64,000 bases of DNA from Minutocellus sp. GHC0000111. Lineage: Eukaryota. Below, one piece after another: positions 11,980-22,404 of the stretch. The first letter of the stretch is position 1, and each line of letters starts with the position of its first letter. The notes beneath the pieces were generated by a model that saw only the letters and a program-made list of their open reading frames with translations, searched no databases and was not told where the DNA came from. The stretch lies in the NCBI GenBank assembly GCA_977018835.1, contig OZ361258.1:3410001-3474000 (forward strand). Direction: 5' to 3'. Made by a program: the position numbers and the translations under genes.

Positions 11980-13701
11980 ATGGATGCTTCTCGTGCCGTC
12001 ATCGTAGCTGTCACATGCATCGCTGTGCAGACATCGGCACTGGCCGATAGCAATGGCGACAATCTCCGCGGCAGCCGGCATTTGCAGCACGTGGGGGATA
12101 ACGCCACGGAAAAAGAATACTACAACAACCACACGGGCCCACTGCTATCAGAGCCGGGCAATGATTTGCCGCCAGGTAGTCTGAATGTATGCGAGGGTGA
12201 TTGGTGAGTGGAAGAGTTGCATTTTAGACGTGACGAGATTATGATTTGGCACCATCTACTTTTGCCCACTTCCAATGACTACCACTTGTCTCACGGTATG
12301 CTTTCCCAAATCTTCTAAACATTTATCACTGAACACAGCGACTACGACGAGGACTGTGCTGCCGCCCTTACATGCTGGTATGATTGGAAAGACGAAGCTG
12401 AAAACGCTACAGTTCCCGGGTGCTCTGGCAGTCCCAAAAAATACTGGGAATACTGCATCGATCCAAGTTTTCTGCCGAAACATAATGTGACTCACTTGGA
12501 CACGTTGGAGGACTTTGGAGATGACATGCCGCCAGCTTCCTTAGGGCATTGTCAAGACATTTCGAAGGACGCGACTTCTTCTTGTTTATGATCTGTGAGA
12601 CATGGAACTCACGCTTCTTCTCGCTCTTCTTTCGTGCCTCCTCCCATCCTATCCAGCGACTACGACATTGACTGTGAAGGAGACAATGTATGTTTTTACG
12701 CAGATGGGACTGGTATCGTTCCAGGATGCGGCGGGTCGCCGACAGAATATTGGGAATACTGCGCGGATCCAAAGGATATACAGGAACATACAGCAAAAAT
12801 AGGGATCGAGAATTTCAATTCAAAAGATGGATATTGCCCAGGAACAATACCTCATGATGGGCGAATCGAAGTAGGGAGTGTCAACGCTACATATGGCAGT
12901 GAAGTATCTGGCATGGTAAATGGCCAGCGCAACGCGAATGTCTTGTACGTTCACAATGATCGTGACAATGCTCCTCGGCTGATGGCGGTAGATAAGAAGG
13001 ACAGCGGACGAATTGTCAGTGTTTGGGACATGGGTGGCATCAATCATACCGATTATGAAGACATTAGCAATGGGAAAGGACCAACACCGTGGATCAATTA
13101 TTTGCATTTGTGCGACATTGGTGACAATTACTGGGAACGTGAGAATATTGTGATCCACCGTCTTCCCGAGCCAGCTCTTACGAGAGCAAATGGGCCAAGA
13201 AAGACATTGTATCCACAAACTCTGACGTTGCATTATCCTGACGGACCAAAGAACGCCGAGGCATGCACCGTCGATCCCCTCACAGGTCTCATCTACATTG
13301 TTCAGAAAACAAAAGATGATGTTAGTAAAATCTACAAGACTCATAAGCGTTGGGGAGATGGCGATGAAACGATGGATCTTGTTCTTGCTGGAACGGTAAG
13401 CCATTTGCGAAAGAAATCAAGAAGTCACAACGCCCTCACTGGTATCGACATCAGTCCCAACGGCAGAGACATTGTGATGCTGTACTACGGTGGTCTTGAT
13501 TATCGATGTCGAGATGCAGATGAGTCGATTGAAGATGCTCTTGGTAGATTTGGACTCCATCTTCCAGCCTATAAGGAAGAGCCTAATGGCGGAGAAGCCA
13601 TTGCCTTTGCATCGGACATGAGCGGGTTGTACAGTTGCCAGGAAAGCGGGGGTTGGTCAGAAGTCCCACTCTATCGATATCCTGCCACGGTTAGTAAGTA
13701 G
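11980..13701 (+). CDS. Copy D of the array (inverted, tail-less); exons 11980-12203, 12339-~12555 (donor missing), 12657-13701
   Basis: MDASRAVIVAVTCIAVQTSALA...NLRGSRHLQ. Donor GT at 12204, acceptors before 12339 and 12657. After CAT TGT CAA the GDC codons and donor are absent and the frame stops near 12590. The propeller domain is intact and ends YPATVSK*. Confidence 0.7.
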
Positions 13702-13862
13702 AATGAAGGAACCAGGCAGCAAGAAACGATCTTGAAGGAGATGCATTGTGATTTGTATTTGTAGCTAGTAGCTAGCGTAGTTTTTCTTGTAATTGTAAGA
13801 GGCAAATTTTAGAAGTTAGATAAGCATAATTTTGTCTAGAATGAGCTACCACCACTCTTTTG

Positions 13863-16422
13863 TCACTTGTTCTTCTCGGCCTTGAGTTGCTCCTTCAGCG
13901 CTTTTGCAAGGTTCTCGGCAGCTCTCTCCTGGGTCCGTAGAGCAATTTCATCGGCCTTCTCCTGGTATTCTGCCTCAGCTTCTTCAAGGATCTCGTTGGC
14001 TTTCGCTTTATTTTCCGCCCCTCCCTTTGCCAAGAGCTTGTTGGCTTTCTCCTCCATCTTCTCGCGATTTTCCGTTATTTTCTTCATCGCCTTGCCATGG
14101 TCTTCGGTTGTCGGGGCCGCCGAAGGCTCTCGGGACGGGGGCGCTGATGGACCAGAAGATGGAGGTATCGATGGGCTGGATGATGGAGTTGTCGTAGGGG
14201 ATGTGGTGGGAGCATTGCTCTCCCCAACCGATGCTCTTGTATTCAACGCTGCCCTTGACCTTCCTTCCAGCAAGCCAGCGAAGGTGGCAGGGTAATGATA
14301 GAGAGGCACCTTTGACCACCCACCACTCTCTTGACAACTGTAGAGGCCCGTCATGTCCGACGAAAATGCAATGGATTCTCCACCATTCGGCTCTTCCTTG
14401 TAGGCCGGTAGGTAGAGTCCGAATCTCCCCAGAGCATCCTCAATGGACTCGTCGGCGTCCCGGCACCGATAATCGAGGCCTCCGTACGAAAGCAACACTA
14501 TATCCCTGCCATTTGGTGAGATATCAATACCCGTAAAGACATTGCCCCATCTAGATTCCTTGTAAGTGCCGTTGACGGTTCCAACCATCTTTAATTTTAT
14601 TGTCTCATCGCCATCGCCCCACGGCATTTCTGTGCGGTAGATCTTACTAGTTCCCGACGTCTTTTGGATGATATAGATGAGGCCCGTGAGAGGATCCACC
14701 AAGCAACTTTCAGCGTTCTTCGGTCCATCTGGATAATGGAGTGTCAGAGTCTGTGGATAAAATGTTTTTGCTCCGAGGCCGCCAGTCAGAGCAGGCTCAG
14801 GGAGGCGGTGGATTCAAACAGTACCTCGATTCTTGGGATTGTCACCGATGTCGCACAAATGCAGGTAATTAAGGTCAGGGTTGGGCCCTGGACCATTGGA
14901 AATATCTTCATAATCAATGTGGGTGATTCCACCCAGAGCCCAGTTGCCAACCATACGTCCATTAGACTTGTCGATTGCCATGAGCATTGGATCGTTGTTG
15001 CGATCGTTGTGAACATACAAGATGTTGGGGTTGCGACGGCCGTTCACCATGCCCGATACTTCCTTGGCGATGGTGCCATCAACGGAACCGAGCTCTTCGC
15101 GGCCATCGTAGGGGAGATCTGATGGGCAGTATCCATCGGTCGATTCCAGGTTCTCAATCCCAATGCTCGCCAAGTGCTCTCTGACCTCATCGGGGTCGGC
15201 GCAGTATTCCCAGCTTCTTGTTGGAGCTCCTTCACATCCTGGCACAATGCCAGTTCCATCGGAGTAGAAGCAGACGTTGCCATCCGCACAGTCTATGTCG
15301 TAATCTGGAAGCAGCAGATACATGCATGTGGGGAGGGGGGACGAAGTTAGGTTGGTATTACGAAGGTGCAAAGACAAGATGCAAGCAAGGGCTCTCAAGC
15401 CTCTCACTTACCACAATCACCCTGGCATCGGCCCAAGGCAGCAGGTCCCAAACCATTGCCAAAGTCGACCAACGAGTCCGAGTGAGTTACATTCTTGGGT
15501 GGCATCACACTAGAGTCGATGCAGTGCTCCCAGTATTGGCGCGGAGTGCCTGAGCACCCGGGAACTGTGCCACTCCCATCATCGTACCAACACACAAGAT
15601 CGCCGGCGCAATCGATATCGTAATCGCTGCAATGAAGAGTAGAAGACAAGGGACGATGAGTCAGAATTTAGAAAGGTGGAGAACGACAGAAGAATAGCAG
15701 TGCAATAACATTGAGATTGAATACGTGTATTCAACTTACCAATCGCCCTGGCAAATGTTCAGCATGCCCTCTCCCAATCCATTGCCCGGCTCCTCGAGCA
15801 AGGGGTCGGTGCCATTGTGACGGATGACCTCGATGGGGGCAATGGTATCATCGACATCGTCCCGATGGCAGCACGACGCATTGCCCATACTGGCAAAGGG
15901 CACATCGTTCACCCAGCACGAATACTGACAGTGCTCCACATTCCCATCGCGGCCCCACCAACTATTATTTGTGCCACATCGTTCCACGTAGGCGAAGCTG
16001 TAATCGTTGCAGTGGAAGTTGTTGTCGAGCATGTATGGTGTGGGAATGTTGGTACATTCGACGCAAGGAGAAGTTGCATTGGTGGTGCTGGCAGTAGTGT
16101 TGCCAGTTGTAATATTATTTGTGTTCGTAGTGTTGCCAAGGATAGGCTCATCGACGGCATCAACTTCCAATGCATCATCCAGCGGATCGATGACCCACTC
16201 GTGGATGGTGTAGTCCTCATCGCCAGAATCTGGATTGACGCCGGTTTCGGTCTCGTAGTAGTCGGCGCCGATGGTTTCATCCATCGACTCCGACAGGTCA
16301 TCGAGCCTGTCGAGTTGTCGGTGCTGTTTGGGCTGATTCCGGCTGCTGCCACGAAGGGCGTGTGTCGATGCAATCTGCAACGCAACGACGCCCGCGATGA
16401 TTGAAAGTCGAATCATCATCAT
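13863..16422 (-). pseudogene. Copy E of the array (most divergent, extra Cys-rich domain); exons 16422-15740, 15626-15412, 15304-13863; in-frame TGA at 14814-14816
   Basis: Signal peptide + ALRGS and two ACR domains. ACT GTT TGA ATC CAC CGC aligns to TIWIHR of copies A-C. The reading frame continues unchanged after the stop. Confidence 0.7.
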
Positions 16423-17794
16423 TACAATTATCTCGCCGATGCGTTGGGGGATGTGAGAATATTGCTTCCCCGATGCGATGCGTTGAGAAAAATTATGCTA
16501 TCGCCGTCGTGCCGAAAAGTGAAAGTGCTTTGGGTACATGTAGCGCAATGTTACTTCCTCTGGAGAAAGCTTGGACCATTTCGGCCGACTCTCTCTCTCG
16601 TGTATTGTGCATGGACTCGTAAGCAAACATCTGACGATCATGATACCAGCGCGATGTCTCCCCCGTGCCAATAATGGTACCGGCCCGCGAGTAGCTGCGC
16701 GTTGAGTGGTCGGTCCGGCGCGTTGAGAGCATCCACTCGCCAACATTGTGATTTGACCGACAAGATTTAGACCGATGGGGCATTCATTGAAACCACACGA
16801 TGAGACGGCATTATTGTCAATCGAAATGGTGTTCTACTAATATGAAGCAAATGATCCAACCAACAGACGCAGCAGAGCAGCAGCATGGCGGAACCGGTGT
16901 CTTCTGTCTGCCGTTATGAGCACATCTTGTTGAAGAAAAACCAAAATTTTGGCCGTTCCGGGACGGCAGGCTTTTTCGGACCAAAATTTTGTGACAGAAA
17001 TGACGTCGGCGTGACGCAAGCATGGTCCAAGCCATTTCCTTGACGTCATATTTGCGTTTGAAAGTCGGCTCTAAAAGTGCGTGGCATTGCCGTTGGCATC
17101 GGCATGGTTTGTTTTCACTTGGTCTATGCCGATGGCCGGCTCGCAAAATGTCTGGCGGCATTTCGAAACATGTCAAGCAAGAAGAAACCGCGAGATTCGC
17201 CTTTTCCGCTGGCTGGCTGGTGGCGGGCTGGACGGTGCTGGCTTGTTCTTGCGGGTGAAAGTAAACTTCCGGCGGCATTGTCAAGCAAGCACAGAGCTGC
17301 TACGTAGCTGCACAGGCGTTGTTGTTGCTCACTTGCCCAGAGGTGCTTCTGCGATGCGTCTGTCTCTGTCTGAGTCCTCGTTTGCTTTTGCTGCATTTCT
17401 TTGGTCAGCGGCTACCAATGCCTCGGCCTCCCTCGAAGGTGGGCAGATGAGCGTTTTGGTAGCAGTGGTTAGAGTTTGTGTTGCCTGCTAGCAGCGCAGC
17501 AGGGCGTCCTGCAACGCAACTCTGTCTGCGGTGTTGACCGCGGGATTGCGGCCGTTGTTTTTTTTGCTCATGGAGAACTGTGGATCGAGACCAACGGGAA
17601 CATCACCAGGATGTCGGGAGTACCTGGTTGGTCTCGTGCCGTAATTCTCTCCCACACCAGCGCGAGACATCGCCTTCGTTCTGCACGTAGCGGCGGCAAT
17701 TTGAATTTTTGCCGCCATGGTGGCTCGCGTTGGGCGCGCCGGTCGGTTGCTTCGCGCGCCGGCCGGCCACCGAAAGTGCGACCAAAAGTATGCG

Positions 17795-18366
17795 AGTCAT
17801 TCCACCTTGGACTGGCCCAACTTATGAAAACACCTCTGGACGAAGCCGAGCGACAATGGATCCCACCAGAGCTCGATGCATCTCAACCGGGAGTTCGAAA
17901 CGATATCTTCCCTTATGATACCGACCAATTGGGCGACAAGGACGGAGGCCGAACGGAACAGCTCTGGAGTGATTTGGGACGATTCATCGGATATGATGGT
18001 ACCATTCCGCATGATCTGTACCATGGAAGTCACGGCAGGAACCGAGGCAACCCACGGACTCCTTTGATTGACATATGCGATGCACGGTACGACCCTATCC
18101 GCGCCACTCTATTGGAACATGGATATCAGATGGCCAATTGGATCTGCCCATACTTTGTTGAGAAAGGAGACAAAGTTTTTGTGAGTTCCAAGGATTATCT
18201 TTGCGAATTGGTAAGTCAATACCAGGTCGACCCCTGCAATCGTTTGGTGCGATCTGGAAATGAAACCTACGTGATCAAGGATTCAAATTCCATCACGAGA
18301 GTGATAAGGCTCGACACACAGTACATCTACTCTAGAGCTAATGCTAATGTGATCACGCCTTTGTGA
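17795..18366 (+). pseudogene. 5'-truncated fragment resembling the C-terminal half of a diatom sulfotransferase-like family
   Basis: FHLGLAQLMKTPL...IDICDARYDPIR...WICPYF...VDPC reads as real protein, while the upstream part of ORF 17476 does not. Family recognised from memory only. Confidence 0.4.
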
Positions 18367-18488
18367 GGGTCATAGGTAGAAGTTATCTATATATGTGTTA
18401 CAGAATCTTATGAACAGTAGATCTATCATCGTTGCATCAGGTGTGACCGAGCAGGTACGTCGTAGTTACGTGCAAATCGAAGCACTGC

Positions 18489-19263
18489 TCATGCTGATTT
18501 ATTGAACATACTATTTCTCTCTGGTAATATTATTGAACTGGTGGAGCTATTCCGAGAGGTTTGGTCACTCATCCTCCTCATTTTGATATCAGTTTCACCA
18601 ACGCTGTCCAAGCACTTATCCTCGATCGAGGCGTAAATATCCAACGCTGAGATGAGTTTGGAGGATGATTCCATCTTGTCAAAAGACCTCAGTCCACTTC
18701 GAGGTCGCGAGTCGATGGATCTGCTGCTGGCGCGTTTCCGATCCCGAAGTAGCCTCGGCAATGGAGTTTATGCTAGTAGTAGTACTTTGGCTGAAACCGG
18801 ATGACCTCCGCCCAAGCCGTTGCTCGTGATGATGGTGATGTTCCTCCAGGTATCGGTTCCGTCGGTCGAGCTCTTCATTCTCCTGCTGGAAAATGTCCAT
18901 GTCGTGACTGAGCTTCACAGAGCTGAATCTCAAGTTGGTGTTTTCAATAACCAGGTCATCGATCTGTCTTTCGGCCTCGTCGAGCTCGGCACGAAGCTCG
19001 TCTCTTTCCCGCATTGTGCGAGCGTTGCGTTTGTTGGCCTCAGCCAGCTCACTCGTTGCGTCGTCTCTCTGTTTCATTATATGTGCGTTAAAAGTTTTCG
19101 ATTCGGCCAGCTCTAGTTTCAATTGGATGATGTCCCGCTCGAGTTCCTTTAAATGGAGAGAGGGCGAAACAAAACTTATTTCATCAGGAGGGTAGGCGCC
19201 GGCAGGCCTACCGGTACCGCCGGCACCCTTCCTTTTTGGTGCTGCTGCCGCCGTCGTGGTCAT
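18489..19263 (-). CDS. Coiled-coil hypothetical protein, paralog 1 (frameshift near 18740)
   Basis: Heptad-rich ELERDIIQLKLELAESK. The C-terminal block KMESSSKLISALDIYASIEDKCLD is in a second frame and matches paralog 2. Confidence 0.6.
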
Positions 19264-19838
19264 TTATGTCATTTATTGCTGGCTGTCGCAGGTACTATAG
19301 ATTGAGGGTCGTTCTCGAGCACGCGTACCTGGTATCTCTTTCCTAAATTACGGCTGACAATTATGACTGACCATCAATAGCAAACACCGGTCTTCAAAGT
19401 GTTCTCCAGTCACGGTTCCAACGGTGGCCGGAGGGATAATTTGATAATTTGTGTGTGTTGAATTTGTGCTTTGATCGGCGAACATCGGCATCCAATTTTA
19501 GATGATAATTACTCCTCTAATTTAAGAGTTGAGGCTACATGCAGGGGAAAATTCCATTGAGGAGTGTCGCGAGGACAAACCTCGTCGAAAGCCACGTCGA
19601 TCGGTGGCCATCATCAGCTGACCAATTGATGATCGAGCACACGGATGGCCAGGAGATCAGGAGAGCGAGAGAAGTTGCGGTGCTACAGAGGAGCATTTAG
19701 GGTTTTCCCCTTGTGCATAATATATATACGGCCATGCAAAAATTCCTTTATGAAAAAAGTAAATGGACACATGTGCTAACTAACAACAACAAACTAACTA
19801 CGTAGTAGATGCCGGCATCAAAAAAATGTTCTCTCTTT

Positions 19839-20748
19839 TCAATTTTCGCTTCGAACGAATGAAACAAAAACTGATGATGATACTACTGCAGTCAAGTCTA
19901 TATGTGTTTCGTTGGGACCCCTTCCGATAACTCTGAGAGCTCCTTCGACAAGTTTGGTGTGGCTCAGTCTCCTGATCGGTTCGGAGGGTGCTCCATGACC
20001 ACCGTCTAAACACCCGTCTTCGATCGCGCTAAATATTTCCAGAGCAGTAAAGCTGTTCATGAGCTTTGATGATGATTCGATCTTGCCGAAACTCGGTCGC
20101 ACGTTGCCACCACCACCACCACCACACCACCACCACCACTTTGGCGTGAAGTCAGAGATCGGGTGCTACCATGACTGTCATGTGCACTATCCTTTCGATG
20201 TAGGGATGATGACGAGGACCCATCGGAGCACAAAGTTTGCTCTTCAGCTATTGAGACCATGTCATCGCCTACACCTGATGATGATCTTTTAGCCCAATCT
20301 GCGAATCGCTTTGGTGTTCTTCGAGGTATCGGTTGCGTCGTTCAAGTTCATCGTTCTCCTTTTGGAATATGTCCACATCGTGACTGAGCTTGAATGAGTT
20401 GAACCTCAAGTTGGTAATCTCTACTGCAAGGTCGTCGATTTGGCTTCTTGCATCCTCGAGCTCGGCGCGAAGCTCATCCCTCTCACACATTATGCGAATG
20501 TTCCCTTGCACAGCTTCGGACAGCTCATTGGTCGCGTCATCTCTTTCTTTTATTGTATGGGCATTCAAAGTTTTCGCTTCGGCCAGCTCCAGCTTCAGAC
20601 GGATAATCTCCTGCTCGAGCTCGGCGTGCAGAGCATCAAGGTCGGTGCCGGTCGTCGTCATGGTTGTCATTGCGTGTGATGGTGATTTGCAAGGATGATG
20701 AAGAATTGCAAGTGGAAATATGGCTTGATTGAGTATCCGGTAATGCAT
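19839..20748 (-). CDS. Coiled-coil hypothetical protein, paralog 2 (frameshifts near 20288 and 20125; start uncertain)
   Basis: ELEQEIIRLKLELAEAK aligns with paralog 1. Single-base losses in an A-run and in a (GGT)n repeat link three ORF pieces. Confidence 0.55.
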
Positions 20749-20922
20749 AGGAATTCCTAAACTGACTCAATGGTCGGATAAAAGAATAAGATGTGGCCCG
20801 GGAGAGGCAGAGAGAAAGAGTGTACAATTATGTATGCGGAACGAAGAAGCGATGCACACTTTTTTCGCCGAAAATAAAAATGACCCCCGAGAAATGGTGA
20901 AAAATTCACGACGGACAGACGA

Positions 20923-22308
20923 ATGTCGTCTGCCGATGCCGCCCACGCCACGCCACGCCACCCGCCCCCAGTCGCGCCCACTCAAAATCAGCACTTGCTG
21001 GTTCTTGACCAAGAGTTCCTTGGCTCGGCGTATAAAAATATGCCGCGCCGTCGGAGGAAGAATAAGTTTCGTCGTTCGGCGCTGCATTTATTTGCAGATG
21101 CATACTGCGTGTCATCTGCAAATCTGCAAACTGCGCATGGTCTTGCATCGCCAGATACAAGTAGGCGAGTTGAGATTCGCTCTGTCGATTGGTGTGGATA
21201 CCGAGGGATGCTACCATTCCAACGCTACCATGGCCCGATGAATGAGTTCGATGGTTGGCTGTGCAGACCAATAATCACCGACGATTTTGAAGCGGAGGTT
21301 GTAGCACAGTCACTAACGACATTCAATAGCCCCTCACAAAAAACTGAAATATCAGAGAAGCAACGTAAACAATTGCGCAAGGCCAAAGCAGAACGCCGTG
21401 CGTCGCGGCCTTTGGACCCACGCATCCACCTGAGGCCAATCTACATCGACGAGCACATTGTCGTCGTGTCAAAGGCATCGGGTGCATTATCGGTACCCGG
21501 ACCTCGGCGCAACCCATCCGTCGCCAATCTCTGTCATCAGTACCTGGGAAACGAAAGCGATGACGTTGATAAGATGGCAGTGCATAGGTTGGACCTTGAC
21601 ACTTCCGGCGTTGTTGTTTATGCTCGGTCGGATTTGGCCCTCGGCAAGCTCAACGAAGCCTTTCGCGATCGCATTGTCAAGAAAAAATACCAAGCGTTAG
21701 TGTGTGGGCACATGCCTGTGATGGAAGGAGAGATTAACCTGCCCCTTAAACGAGACAAGCGAAGTCCGCCTTTCATGTGCGTCGATATCGATGATGATGA
21801 AGTAGGCGAGGGTCCCAATGACGACGATAGCGGTATCAACAAGCATGATGGATACCATAAAATGATGAGAAAGGCACCTAAACCAAGTTTGACATTGTTT
21901 GAAGTGGTTTCGTACGAATTCATGGATGGTCTACCTGTAACAAGAGTAGCATTGACGCCAGTGACCGGTCGAACCCATCAGCTGAGGGTCCATTGCGCAG
22001 CAATTGGACACCCGATCATCGGTGACGACATCTATGGCATAGACGGAGAGGGAACGCCGAACGGCGGCGTTCCCGGTGCTGTCATGGACGAGTGCTTTCC
22101 CGATAGGGCCTCACTGGAATTGCAGAGACAAATCGATCAAATTGTACAGAGTCGTCGCCAGTTGGCAAGAGAAAAGAAGGGCGCGATGGATCCAGACGCT
22201 TGTTGTACGGGCGGTCCTGGTAACCTTTGCCTCCATGCTCGATTTCTCTCTTTGTTCCACCCTCTCACCCATTCCCCAATGGTGTTTGAAGTCGACCCGC
22301 CATTTTGA
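20923..22308 (+). CDS. RluA/RPUSD-family RNA pseudouridine synthase (start uncertain)
   Basis: Motifs VHRLDLDTSG (catalytic Asp), KKYQALVCG, TGRTHQLRVH, GHPIIGDDIYG, LCLHA. Confidence 0.92.
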   Translation: MSSADAAHATPRHPPPVAPTQNQHLLVLDQEFLGSAYKNMPRRRRKNKFRRSALHLFADAYCVSSANLQTAHGLASPDTSRRVEIRSVDWCGYRGMLPFQRYHGPMNEFDGWLCRPIITDDFEAEVVAQSLTTFNSPSQKTEISEKQRKQLRKAKAERRASRPLDPRIHLRPIYIDEHIVVVSKASGALSVPGPRRNPSVANLCHQYLGNESDDVDKMAVHRLDLDTSGVVVYARSDLALGKLNEAFRDRIVKKKYQALVCGHMPVMEGEINLPLKRDKRSPPFMCVDIDDDEVGEGPNDDDSGINKHDGYHKMMRKAPKPSLTLFEVVSYEFMDGLPVTRVALTPVTGRTHQLRVHCAAIGHPIIGDDIYGIDGEGTPNGGVPGAVMDECFPDRASLELQRQIDQIVQSRRQLAREKKGAMDPDACCTGGPGNLCLHARFLSLFHPLTHSPMVFEVDPPF

Positions 22309-22404
22309 CATACTGGTCTATTGGTGATCTTTTTCTACTACCAAAATCTAGCTCTTTAATAACGTTGATAATATGTACAAGCCCCATGTCTTATCTTCAA
22401 AAAT

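Noticed and set aside
9524..14816. Alternative genetic code (TAG=Glu, TGA=Trp) suggested by stops at Glu and Trp positions
   Set aside because: Each is one substitution from the paralog codon. Other genes end normally on TAG, TGA and TAA, and long ORFs such as PMS2 have no internal stops.
16800..17790. Possible mobile element truncating the downstream gene fragment
   Set aside because: No TIR, LTR, TSD or recognisable protein motif found by eye.
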